Assembly (NCBI GenBank): GCA_963845085.1
Contig: CAWJQI010000005.1
Span: 160,001-224,000 of the forward strand
From: Candidatus Fermentibacterota bacterium
GTDB lineage: Bacteria; Fermentibacterota; Fermentibacteria; Fermentibacterales; JCC-6
Direction of reading: 5' to 3'
Length of the DNA: 64,000 bases
Of the stretch, positions 1 to 8,840 are shown piece by piece; positions within the stretch are counted from its first letter, which is position 1, and each line of letters starts with the position of its first letter. Made by a program: the position numbers and the translations under genes. The notes under the pieces were generated by a model. That model was not told the origin of the DNA, ran no database searches, and saw only the letters and a list, made by a program, of their open reading frames with translations.

Positions 1-752
1 TTTATGGCAACACCCTTGCCGAGCTGGCAGATCCGTCTGTACGGAAGCCATCCCGGTGTGTCGGCGGAACCGGTGATGTCTGCGGCAATGCCAATGTGGG
101 GTTCGATGGACATGGCGGCTACGGTGGAGCCCCTGAGGCCCACTTCCTCCTGGGAGGTACCGACGCAGTATACGTCGATGTTCTGATTGTCGTAGCGCTT
201 GAAGGCCTCGGCTATGATGTAGACCCCAACCCTGTCATCGAAGGCCTTGGCGAGGAAGCAGTCCCCCATCTCCCTGAAGGGTGTGTCCATGCTGACCCAG
301 TCACCCCTCTCCACCAACTCCTTGACCTTGTCGCCGGGAAGGCCGAAGTCGAGGAAGAGCTTCTCGAGCTCCATGTGCTGTTTTGGAGCTTCGGCGGAGG
401 ATGCGGGATGATGGCAGACCACTGCAGGGAGAATTCCAGCCTTGCGGGTGTGGACCCTTACGCTGTGACCGAAGATGCTGGTCGGCTGCCAGCCTCCCAC
501 CGGGGCAATGCTCGCATAACCGTTGTCGTCGATGTTGTAGATGAGGAAGCCTATTTCGTCGATATGGCCGGCAAGCATGACCCTGAGGTTGTCCTCGCCG
601 CCGTCGCCGTGCTTCACGGCAATGAAATTCTTCATTGGGTCGGTGTAGGTCTCGTCGGCTATTTCACCAAGCTCGGCGATGAGAAGTTCGAGTACAGCGT
701 CTTCCCTGCCGCTGATGCCGTCCGTCTCACACAGTTTTTTAAGTAGATCCAT
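1..752 (-). CDS. M42 family metallo-aminopeptidase (partial, runs off the window start)
   Basis: Not in the ORF track. My translation from ATG 752: MDLLKKLCETDGISGRED...VMLAGHIDEIG...KAFDDRVG...QEEVGLRGS...IAADIT, which carries the M42 metal-ligand motifs. Confidence 0.9.
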   Translation of the reverse strand, partial: MDLLKKLCETDGISGREDAVLELLIAELGEIADETYTDPMKNFIAVKHGDGGEDNLRVMLAGHIDEIGFLIYNIDDNGYASIAPVGGWQPTSIFGHSVRVHTRKAGILPAVVCHHPASSAEAPKQHMELEKLFLDFGLPGDKVKELVERGDWVSMDTPFREMGDCFLAKAFDDRVGVYIIAEAFKRYDNQNIDVYCVGTSQEEVGLRGSTVAAMSIEPHIGIAADITGSADTPGWLPYRRICQLGKGVAI

Positions 753-753
753 G

Positions 754-1644
754 TCAGTGTCCCCCTTCAGAGGCGCCCGTCCAGGAAAAACCTGCGGCGT
801 CATCAAAAACCCCGGGTTTATCGCCGGCGAAAGAGATTGATGCCAGAACGGTCTCGGCGGCAGTCTCGGGTTCGAGGCCGAACTCGAGTATCAGGTTCAG
901 ATAGTAGATCTCTATCAAGCCGCTTGCAGCCCAGTCAACGGACCTGTCGTACCCCGAGATGAACACGTCGCCCGAAAGCCTTTCCACAAGGTCGGGAAGC
1001 CTTCCGCCCATGATCTCGCATGCGGAGAAGTGAACCAGCCTGGCGTTCCCGGAAACCGTTCGGATGCAGTCCAGAAGGGTGGTCAGGGGAATGGTGCCCT
1101 CCCGGCAGCTCACACCGTCAACCGTGGCGTGGGATGCGATGAGAAGGTAAAGGTCGCCCTGGAGCATGGAGGCCTCTGTGCACAGGCTCTGAAGGTCTTC
1201 CGCGCTGTGGAACCACCTGTGCCTGACCTGAACCCCGGGAACCCTCCTGAACCACTCCGTGAGCATCCACCCGAACGAGTACTGCGGTTCGTCGATGAAT
1301 TCCTCCCACTCCGCTTCGAGAATCACAAGCCATTTCCCGCCGGCGTCAGAGCCGATGAGATATCCCTCCCACGGAGACCAGGAAGTTCCCCCTTCGGGGC
1401 GCCACATTCCGCTTATGCGGCCGTCGGCCAGTTCGAACCAGCCCTCGCCCCGGGCATCCGCCTCGGTGTAGGTGAAGACCAGCCTGCCCGACGGCTCGAC
1501 AGTGCCCTCGATTGAGCTGATCCCGCCGTAGGAGTAGTAACCCGTAACCTCGGTTCCGTTCTGGGTCAGCACCATTCTGCCGTAGGTGGTATCCCAGGAG
1601 CCGGAGTAATCCGTCGTCGAAACGAGCAGCAAAAGCAGGATCAT
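754..1644 (-). CDS. Secreted two-domain protein: small beta-barrel domain plus caspase/CHAT-like (DUF6642-like) domain
   Basis: Hydrophobic N-terminus. Beta-rich YSGSWDTTYGRMVLTQ...GEGWF...ISGMW domain, then LYLLIASHA...VHFSAC...ISGY...VDW. ATGA overlap with the alaS stop. Confidence 0.6.
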   Translation of the reverse strand: MILLLLLVSTTDYSGSWDTTYGRMVLTQNGTEVTGYYSYGGISSIEGTVEPSGRLVFTYTEADARGEGWFELADGRISGMWRPEGGTSWSPWEGYLIGSDAGGKWLVILEAEWEEFIDEPQYSFGWMLTEWFRRVPGVQVRHRWFHSAEDLQSLCTEASMLQGDLYLLIASHATVDGVSCREGTIPLTTLLDCIRTVSGNARLVHFSACEIMGGRLPDLVERLSGDVFISGYDRSVDWAASGLIEIYYLNLILEFGLEPETAAETVLASISFAGDKPGVFDDAAGFSWTGASEGGH

Positions 1645-3437
1645 TGTTTTTCCTCCAGGACAGCCCTTATCCTTCGCACACCCCGGGATGAGCTCTTCTC
1701 GGAAAGTATTCTGAAGCCAACCAGTTCAGATGTGTTCGTGACATGAGGTCCGCCGCAGATCTCCCGGGAGAAGCCTTGAATGCTGTAAACCTTGACTTTG
1801 TCTCCGTAACGATCCTTGAAGAAACCAAGTGCCCCGTGAGCAAGCGCTTCCTCCGGGGAGGACTCGCTGACCGTGACATCCAGCCCGGCCCTGATCGCAC
1901 GGTTCACATAATCCTCGACAGCCTCGATCTCTGCCGGTGTCATGGGGTCGGGGTGGCTGAAATCGAACCTGAGCCTCTGGTCGGTGATGTTCGAGCCCTT
2001 CTGTGCAACGTGATCGCCCAGAACCTTGCGCAGCGCAGCATGAAGGAGATGCGTAGCGGTATGAAGCTTTGTAACGAGGTCGCTGTGATCGGCAAGCCCG
2101 CCCTTGAACTTCTGTTCGGCGCCCTTCCTCGAAAGCTCCCTGTGCTTCCCGAAAGCCTCGGTGAAGCCCTCCATGTCGACAGCCAGCCCTTCCTCGACCG
2201 CAAGATCGGCGGTGAATTCGACAGGGAACCCGTATGTGTCGTACAACCGGAAGGCAACCCGGCCGGGGATGGTTTTTGACGGGTTCCTGAGCAGGTTCGG
2301 AAGAAGCTTCTGAAACTCCTTAACACCTGTCAGAAGGGTTTTCCCGAACAACTCCTCCTCGCGGTCGAGTTCGTCCCTGATCTTTGCGGCATTCCTTTCG
2401 AGCTCGGGGCAGCTTCCGCTTTCCAGGTTGACGACCCTTTCCGCGAGCTTCCAGGTAAATCCCTCGGGAATTCCCAGTTTCATCCCGTGCCGTGCCGAAA
2501 GGCGGATAAGGCGGCGAAGCACGTAACCCTGGTCAAGGTTGGACGGGGTCACACCGAGATCATCGCCGAGTATGTGGGTGGCGCTCCGGATGTGATCGGC
2601 GATTATCCTCATGCTGCGGAGCTGATCGGAGTCGGGCTCGCCTGTCATGCCGGCGAGTTCGCGGATCCCGTCGAAAAGGTTCCGGAACTCGGCAATGCCG
2701 TACACGCTGTCATGCCCCTGAAGCATCGCCACTGTCCGTTCAACTCCCATGCCCGTGTCAACGCTTCGCAGTTCCATCGGTTCGTAGGTGCCTTCGGGGG
2801 TCTTGCGGTACTGCATGAAGACATCGTTCCAGACCTCGAAATACTTGCCGCAGGAACACCCCGGCCTGCACGAGGGACCGCATGCAGCCCTTCCGGTGTC
2901 GAAAAACATCTCGGTGTCGGGACCACAGGGTCCGGTCCTGCCGGTGGGCCCCCACCAGTTGTCCTCCATGCCCAGAAAGTGAATCCTCTCCTCGGGAACG
3001 CCGGCCTCGATCCAGAGAGCGGCGGCCTCATGGTCCGGCGGAACGAGTTCGTTCCCGCCGAAAACCGTCACGGAGATCCTGTCCGGGTCGAACCCAAGCC
3101 ATTGCCTGCCGGTCAGGAATTCGTGGCTCCAGGTGATGGCCTCCCGCTTGAAGTAATCCCCGAGCGACCAGTTCCCGAGCATGCGGAAAAAGGTAAGGTG
3201 GGAGCTGTCGCCAACCGAATCAATGTCTCCGGTCCTGATGCACTTCTGGACGTTCACGAGGCGACGCCCGACCGGGTGCTTCTCCCCCAGAAGGAACGGA
3301 ACCAGCGGCTGCATGCCGGCGGGTGTGAATAGAATGGTGGAATCGTTTTCGGGTATGAGGGAGGCACCGGGTATGACCGAATGCCCCTTACCCCTGAAGA
3401 ACTCGATGTAGAGTTCAACCAGGCGGCTCGTGGTCAT
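1641..3437 (-). CDS. alaS: Alanine--tRNA ligase (short form lacking C-Ala)
   Basis: AGMQPL, QKCIRTGD, GPCGPDTE, DTGMGVER, LYDTYGFP; editing motifs HTATHLLH and CGGPH. Confidence 0.97.
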   Translation of the reverse strand: MTTSRLVELYIEFFRGKGHSVIPGASLIPENDSTILFTPAGMQPLVPFLLGEKHPVGRRLVNVQKCIRTGDIDSVGDSSHLTFFRMLGNWSLGDYFKREAITWSHEFLTGRQWLGFDPDRISVTVFGGNELVPPDHEAAALWIEAGVPEERIHFLGMEDNWWGPTGRTGPCGPDTEMFFDTGRAACGPSCRPGCSCGKYFEVWNDVFMQYRKTPEGTYEPMELRSVDTGMGVERTVAMLQGHDSVYGIAEFRNLFDGIRELAGMTGEPDSDQLRSMRIIADHIRSATHILGDDLGVTPSNLDQGYVLRRLIRLSARHGMKLGIPEGFTWKLAERVVNLESGSCPELERNAAKIRDELDREEELFGKTLLTGVKEFQKLLPNLLRNPSKTIPGRVAFRLYDTYGFPVEFTADLAVEEGLAVDMEGFTEAFGKHRELSRKGAEQKFKGGLADHSDLVTKLHTATHLLHAALRKVLGDHVAQKGSNITDQRLRFDFSHPDPMTPAEIEAVEDYVNRAIRAGLDVTVSESSPEEALAHGALGFFKDRYGDKVKVYSIQGFSREICGGPHVTNTSELVGFRILSEKSSSRGVRRIRAVLEEKQ

Positions 3438-3440
3438 GTT

Positions 3441-4565
3441 CTAGAACTCCTTCTGGAAGATCCTGTACCGCTTGTAGATGTCGGCCTTGATTTCCTTTTC
3501 GAGGATGGCCCGCATTGGGATGTTGTTCTCGAGCACCCAGGAAAGCTCTCCCCTGGCCATTCCGAGCCGGTGGCTTTCCCTGACGATGCTGTCAACGATG
3601 AGGGCTTCAAGCCCCCTTCCCCGGAACTCCTTCTTCACGCCCATGAGCAGAACGCGAACCCTGTCGATCTTTACCCTGAAGGGCGGGACCTTGAGTGCAA
3701 GAATAGTCGGCAGAAGCCTTCCGCCGCCCTTCTTTATGCCCACGTTGGCATCGGGGAGCGCCACGCCGAAGGCAACAGGAACGCCGTCGAATTCAACGAC
3801 CGGGGCCATGGATGCCACCAGCATGAGCTTCATCTCCTGGGCGAGAGAGTCGAACTCCCTCTGCGTGGTCGGCACGAAGCCCCAGTTCTCGCACCAGCAC
3901 TCCCGGTAGATGTCCATGACGACACGAAGGTCTTCCTTGAAACGGCGCATGTTCAGCGGGCGCAGGGTAACGTTCTCGCGGCGCCTCACGAGGTCGGCCA
4001 CCCTGGACAGGCGGTCGAAGTTGTGAACGTCCTTCTCGGCCCAGTAGGCCAGAAGGTCCATCTCCTTGTGAAAGCCGGCGCCGAGGATCAATTCTTCGTA
4101 CCAGGGCGGATTGTGCGGCATCATGACCATGGGGGGGGTGTTGAACCCTTCGACGAGGCAACCGCAGGTCTCATTGGTGCTGAAATTGAAGGGGCCCTGG
4201 ATCCTCTCCATCCCACGCTCCCTGACCCAGTCAGATGCTGCGTTGAGCAGGGCCGATGCGGCTTCCTGGCTGCGGCTGACCTCAAAAAAGCCGAAGTGGC
4301 CGGTCTTCTCGCCGTGAAAGTCGACGAAGGCGTGGTTTACTGTGGCGCACACCCTTCCAACGGCGGTTCCGGAATCATCGCGGGCAAGCAGGAACTCGAC
4401 GTCGGCGTGTTCGTGGAAGGGATGGTGTTTTCTGTCCAGGCTGTTCCGCGCATCCATGAAAAGGCTGGGAACCCAGCAGGGATCCTTCCCGTTGACGTCG
4501 AACGGAATCCTTATGTACTCCCTTTTCTGTCCGGGGCTTTCAACCCTCTCGATGGTAAGCGGCAT
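3441..4565 (-). CDS. Tandem-GNAT N-acyltransferase, YghO/bacterial ceramide synthase (bCerS)-like
   Basis: DPCWVP, HPFHEH, GHFGFFE, GPFNFSTNE, MMPHNPPWY, NWGFVP, LPDAN, MGVKKEFRGRG, ELSWVLENN. Lies directly downstream of spt. Confidence 0.75.
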   Translation of the reverse strand: MPLTIERVESPGQKREYIRIPFDVNGKDPCWVPSLFMDARNSLDRKHHPFHEHADVEFLLARDDSGTAVGRVCATVNHAFVDFHGEKTGHFGFFEVSRSQEAASALLNAASDWVRERGMERIQGPFNFSTNETCGCLVEGFNTPPMVMMPHNPPWYEELILGAGFHKEMDLLAYWAEKDVHNFDRLSRVADLVRRRENVTLRPLNMRRFKEDLRVVMDIYRECWCENWGFVPTTQREFDSLAQEMKLMLVASMAPVVEFDGVPVAFGVALPDANVGIKKGGGRLLPTILALKVPPFRVKIDRVRVLLMGVKKEFRGRGLEALIVDSIVRESHRLGMARGELSWVLENNIPMRAILEKEIKADIYKRYRIFQKEF

Positions 4566-4574
4566 CTCACCCCT

Positions 4575-5753
4575 TCAGATAAGCCCCATCCGGCTTCCCA
4601 CGGTTTTAAAAACCTCAAGTGCCCTGTCGATCATCTCCGGGGTGTGGCTGGCCATGTAGCTGGTGCGGAGCATGGCCTGGCCATGGTCGACGGCTGGGCT
4701 CACCACGGCATTGGTGAACACACCGTGCTCGAAGAGCTCTTTCCAGAACCTGAAGCACACCAGGTCTTCGCCGACTATTATGGGCACTATGGGTGCCTCG
4801 CTGTTGCCCACGTTGAAGCCCATTCCCCGAAGCCCGCATCGGCATCTTTCCGCGGCGTCATGCGATTTCTGCACGAGGCCGGGGTCATCCTGGAGTATCT
4901 CGAGTACCGCAAGGACCGTGGCGACCGCCGGGGGTGGAAGGCTCGCGCTGAAGATGTTCGTTCTTGCAACATGGCGTATGTAGTCAATGACCGTTTCGGG
5001 ACCCGCCCCGAAGCCGCCGATACAGGCAAACGACTTGCTGAAGGTGCCCACCAGGATGTCGACCCTGTCCTCGCAACCGAGGTGTTCTGCAGTCCCGCGC
5101 CCGTGCATGCCCATCGCCCCGACGCCGTGGGCGTCGTCGACCATCAGCCTGACGCCGAACTCCTCAGCCAGGTCGCACAGACCGGGTATGTCTGCAAGGT
5201 CGCCCTCCATGCTGAAGACGCCGTCGGTGATGATCATTCCGGGGTGCTCGCGATGGGTCTCGAGCAGGTGTCTCAGGCTTGCGAGGTCGTTGTGCCGGTA
5301 TTTGACTACCTTGGCATAGCCCATCCTGGTGCCGTCGATTATCGATGCGTGGTTCTTCCTGTCAATGAAAAGAACCGATCCACGATCGCCGATCGTCCCG
5401 ATCACACCGAGATTGGCCTGAAAACCCGTGCTGAAGGTAACACAGGCTTCCTTGCCGAGGAACCTGGCCAGCTTCTCCTCGAGTTCGAGATGGATGTCGA
5501 GCGTTCCGTTCAGAAAACGGCTTCCGGTGCAGCCCGTGCCGTACTTTCGGATCGCTTCGCAGGCCCTGTCCATTACATGGGGGTGGTCGGTCAGGCCCAG
5601 GTAGTTGTTCGAGCCCAGCATGATCACCTTGCGGCCCTGCATCTCCATCTCCGCGCCCACGTGGCCGGAAAGGGGAACGAAATAAGGGTATAGACCCAGT
5701 GCCTTCACTTTCGCGGGTCTGTCGAACTCACCGCATTTCTGAAAGATGTCCAT
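4575..5753 (-). CDS. spt: Serine palmitoyltransferase-like alpha-oxoamine synthase (PLP class II)
   Basis: MDIFQKC...GLYPYF N-terminus, GSNNYLGL, GTGCTGSRFLNGT, NHASIIDG, DGVFSMEGD, DDAHG, GTFSKS (PLP lysine). Start moved to ATG 5753. Confidence 0.8.
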   Translation of the reverse strand: MDIFQKCGEFDRPAKVKALGLYPYFVPLSGHVGAEMEMQGRKVIMLGSNNYLGLTDHPHVMDRACEAIRKYGTGCTGSRFLNGTLDIHLELEEKLARFLGKEACVTFSTGFQANLGVIGTIGDRGSVLFIDRKNHASIIDGTRMGYAKVVKYRHNDLASLRHLLETHREHPGMIITDGVFSMEGDLADIPGLCDLAEEFGVRLMVDDAHGVGAMGMHGRGTAEHLGCEDRVDILVGTFSKSFACIGGFGAGPETVIDYIRHVARTNIFSASLPPPAVATVLAVLEILQDDPGLVQKSHDAAERCRCGLRGMGFNVGNSEAPIVPIIVGEDLVCFRFWKELFEHGVFTNAVVSPAVDHGQAMLRTSYMASHTPEMIDRALEVFKTVGSRMGLI

Positions 5754-5806
5754 CACTTGCGAATCCTGTTCTGCTGGAGTGACTGTCTTTCGGAATAACT
5801 TGCGGG

Positions 5807-5854
5807 AATCTAACACTGCGCGGGGTGAATGGGAACAACCCCATTCGTTATCAT
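5807..5854. promoter_or_regulatory. Divergent promoter region between spt and the reductase, containing an inverted repeat
   Basis: Minus-strand TGt-TAGATT (5812-5807), plus-strand TATCAT (5849-5854), and GAATGGG-N6-CCCATTC (5827-5846) between them. Confidence 0.5.
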
Positions 5855-5875
5855 TGAACGAACGGGGGAGGATCA

Positions 5876-6799
5876 ATGGGCACGGTATTTCTCACAGGCG
5901 CCACTGGTTTCGTGGGCGGTGCACTCTGCAGGCTACTCATACGACGGGGATTCCGGGTCAGGGCCGCCGTGCGTGCCTCTTCGAACGCGAAGGCCGTTCC
6001 CGAAGGCTCGAACATTGTGAGGGTGGACTTCCTCGATCCGGACAGCCTTGCGCCGCACCTCGAAGGGGTCGATGTGATCCAGCATGTCGCCGGCGCCGTG
6101 AAGGCCCGAAGCCAGGAGGAGTTCGATCTTGCGAACGCTGCCGTGACGGCAGCCCTGGTGAAGGCCGCCAATATGGCGTGCAAAGACGCTCGGTTCGTGC
6201 TGACGTCGAGCCAGGCGGCCGCGGGACCATGCGGCACGGGTCCTGTCACGGCCTATGGCAGAAGCAAGCTTCTGGCCGAGCGAGCCGTCACCGGGTTTCA
6301 CAACCACGTTATCATCAGGCCGCCGGCGGTGTTCGGCCCCGGCGACGAGGCTACGAAAGGCATTTTCAAGTGGGCCGGGCGCGGCTTCTTCGCAAGCCCG
6401 AATGCGAAGGGGGCGTTCTGCGCGATCTTCGTCGACGATCTTGCCGAACTGCAGGTCAGGGTCATGGACCACCCCGAAGCCATGGGAATGATACTCCAGC
6501 CGTCCTATCCTGAACGGATCTCGTGGAAGGCATTCCATGCCGCACTGCAGGAAGCGGCGGGCAGGAAGATCATTCATCTGAAAGTGCCCGGAGCATTCAT
6601 CCACATGGCCGGTGCGTTCGCGGAAGTCGCCGCAGGGATCACCGGCGCCTGCCCGATGGTAACCCGGGACAAAGCGCGGGAACTCACGGCAGGGCAGTGG
6701 GTGATCAGGCAGGATGAGGTTCGGGAGCTTGTCGGCTGGGAGCCCGAGGTTCCCCTGGTCGAAGCCCTGAGGCTTTCAATGCACCGCGGTTCCCTTTAG
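5876..6799 (+). CDS. NAD-dependent epimerase/dehydratase (extended SDR), ceramide reductase CerR-like
   Basis: TGATGFVG Rossmann motif, YGRSK (YxxxK), IRPPAVFGPGD. GGAGG RBS. Divergent from spt. Confidence 0.7.
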   Translation: MGTVFLTGATGFVGGALCRLLIRRGFRVRAAVRASSNAKAVPEGSNIVRVDFLDPDSLAPHLEGVDVIQHVAGAVKARSQEEFDLANAAVTAALVKAANMACKDARFVLTSSQAAAGPCGTGPVTAYGRSKLLAERAVTGFHNHVIIRPPAVFGPGDEATKGIFKWAGRGFFASPNAKGAFCAIFVDDLAELQVRVMDHPEAMGMILQPSYPERISWKAFHAALQEAAGRKIIHLKVPGAFIHMAGAFAEVAAGITGACPMVTRDKARELTAGQWVIRQDEVRELVGWEPEVPLVEALRLSMHRGSL

Positions 6800-8014
6800 C
6801 AGAATCCAGCCGGCGAGTACCACAAGATTCATCGCGGTTACCAGAACACCGGACCTCGCGTATTCCCGAAAGCTTATGCTGACTCCGTGAAGCCTTGCCT
6901 GCTCTATCACGATCAGATTGGCCATGCTGCCGATGGTGAAAAGGTTGCCGGCATACGTGGTGGCAAGCGACAGAACGTACCAGAGCACCGGCGATCCCGT
7001 GGGCATGTGGGGGCTCAGAAGAACAGTGGCGGGCACATTGCTCACCACGTTGCTCAGTGCAACTGCCGCCAGGGAGAGTGCGAAGGGGTTCGAGAGGGAA
7101 ACGCCCCGCCCTTCGAGAAATGCCAGGAAGGCCTGCGGAAGCCCGGTTGCGTTGAAACCGGCCACAACGATGAACAAACCGCAGAAAAGCGTGATCAGGT
7201 GCCAGTCAACCAGCCCCAGTATCGACCTTGTATGCATGCGTCTGCTGAGTAGAAGCACGGCAGCAACCGTGATGACCGACCATTCCCTGGGCATCGGCGA
7301 GAAAAGGAGGATGACGACAGCTACTGCGGCAGCCAGTCCCTTGGCGGTCTGCCAGCGGTTGAACTCGGGCCACTTCCTGTCGGGTGGTTCGGCCGGAGCG
7401 CTGAGGAAGAACCTCCCCCTGTAGACCAGCCTGAGTATCCCGTAGGTCAGGATGAGGCATACGAGCGAGGGCGGACCGCACCAGAACAGGAAGTCACGGA
7501 ACGACAAGCCGGCGGTCTGGCCGATCAGCATGCTCTGGGGATTTCCGATTATGGTGGCGGCCGATCCCAGGTTGGTGCCCATGGCAAGGCCCAGAAGGAA
7601 CGGGACAGGGTTCATTCCCCGGCGGCGGAGCGCAACTGCGAGGACGGGTGTGAAGGCAAGGCAGATGATGTCGTTCGCAAGAACCGATGCAAGAAGCCCG
7701 CTTGAGATCATCAGGACGAAAAGAAACTTTCCGGGGTTCCCGGCCAGTGATGCGATCCGCACGGCGAGCCAGGTGTAGAAGCCGCCGAGCCGGAGCTGGG
7801 CCGACACGATCATAAGGCCGTAGAGGAGCAGGAGGGTTCCGAGGCTTATCGAGCCAAGCGCCTGCCCCGGGGTCAGAACGCCGAAGACCACCATGCCGAT
7901 CGCTCCGAGCAGGGCGATCCCGGTCCTGTCGATCGCGAGCCTCGGGATACCGCCCAGGGCGACGCCGGCATATGTGACGGCGAAAAGTAAAGCAGAGATC
8001 GTTGTCGAATCCAT
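6776..8014 (-). CDS. ArsB/NhaD (IT superfamily) anion permease
   Basis: DRTGIALLGA, NDIICL, NLGSAATIIGNPQ, VSNVPA, AGNLFTIGSMANLIV; many TM segments. TATAAT at 8040-8035 and GGAGG RBS. Confidence 0.85.
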   Translation of the reverse strand: MDSTTISALLFAVTYAGVALGGIPRLAIDRTGIALLGAIGMVVFGVLTPGQALGSISLGTLLLLYGLMIVSAQLRLGGFYTWLAVRIASLAGNPGKFLFVLMISSGLLASVLANDIICLAFTPVLAVALRRRGMNPVPFLLGLAMGTNLGSAATIIGNPQSMLIGQTAGLSFRDFLFWCGPPSLVCLILTYGILRLVYRGRFFLSAPAEPPDRKWPEFNRWQTAKGLAAAVAVVILLFSPMPREWSVITVAAVLLLSRRMHTRSILGLVDWHLITLFCGLFIVVAGFNATGLPQAFLAFLEGRGVSLSNPFALSLAAVALSNVVSNVPATVLLSPHMPTGSPVLWYVLSLATTYAGNLFTIGSMANLIVIEQARLHGVSISFREYARSGVLVTAMNLVVLAGWILLKGTAVH

Positions 8015-8126
8015 TTTCCTCCCCGCAGGAGGGAATTATACTCGGGCATGGAAACCGCGGGCCGGGCTGTCGGTCAACCCGGATTCCCGTCAAACCGCAA
8101 TTCAGGCAAAGGACTTTTGAGACACC

Positions 8127-8744
8127 ATGATCGCGGCATTCCGGTCAGCCTTCAGTTCAATCCGATCCCTTCTGCTCACAGCGCTTCTCTTCACCGTGGC
8201 GCCGGCCTCCGCAGAGGCCCCCTGGACCCTCCGGACAAGGGCCGTCATGTCGGGCAGTTCAGACAATTCCACGCCATCGGGATTCGTCATTTACAGCGGA
8301 ATTGCGCTGGATGCTGCCCTCAGCCGCAGTTTTGGCCGGGTCTGGGCTGTCGAGGCAGGCCTGCGGACCGAATCCCGTGAAGTTGACATGGAAACGGCTT
8401 CGGGGCCGGCCGACCGCCTGGGTTCGCTCGAATTGCTTCCCTTCACCGTGACACTTCAGTACCGCCCGGGGTCGGACGGGACACTGCATCCCTACGCCGG
8501 GGTCGGCGCCAATGTCACCGTCACCTGGGAAAAAAGCGGTGTGCTCGACAGCACCGATGTCGCGCCCCATTTCGGACCCGCCCTTCAGCTCGGGCTGGAT
8601 CTCGACCTGAGCGAGACTCTCCTATTCAACCTCGACGTGCGCTGGCATACCCTGACCCTCGACATCATGAACGACGGGGTGCGTCTTGCCGAATTGAGGG
8701 TCGACCCGCTTGAACTGGGAGCGGGTGTGGGGCTTCGCTTTTAG
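8127..8744 (+). CDS. OmpW-family outer membrane beta-barrel
   Basis: Signal peptide, LPFTVTLQY, HPYAGVG, GPALQLGLD, DP..LGAGVGLRF with terminal Phe. Confidence 0.8.
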   Translation: MIAAFRSAFSSIRSLLLTALLFTVAPASAEAPWTLRTRAVMSGSSDNSTPSGFVIYSGIALDAALSRSFGRVWAVEAGLRTESREVDMETASGPADRLGSLELLPFTVTLQYRPGSDGTLHPYAGVGANVTVTWEKSGVLDSTDVAPHFGPALQLGLDLDLSETLLFNLDVRWHTLTLDIMNDGVRLAELRVDPLELGAGVGLRF

Positions 8745-8747
8745 AAG

Positions 8748-8766
8748 ACAAGCCCTGCGGGCTTGT
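8748..8766 (+). terminator. Stem-loop after ompW
   Basis: ACAAGCCC-tgc-GGGCTTGT immediately after the stop; weak U-tract. Confidence 0.4.
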
Positions 8767-8840
8767 GAAATGCTCCTGCACCGGTATCATTCCTGCATGA
8801 CGGAGTGTGTCCGCCCGATAACAAAAGGAGGTGAACCGGG

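Noticed and set aside
96..746. 216-aa plus-strand ORF
   Set aside because: Antisense to the M42 peptidase, which the track missed because it runs off the window edge.
3381..5693. 770-aa plus-strand ORF spanning spt and the GNAT gene
   Set aside because: Antisense shadow of two well-supported genes. No motifs; such shadows are expected in GC-rich DNA.
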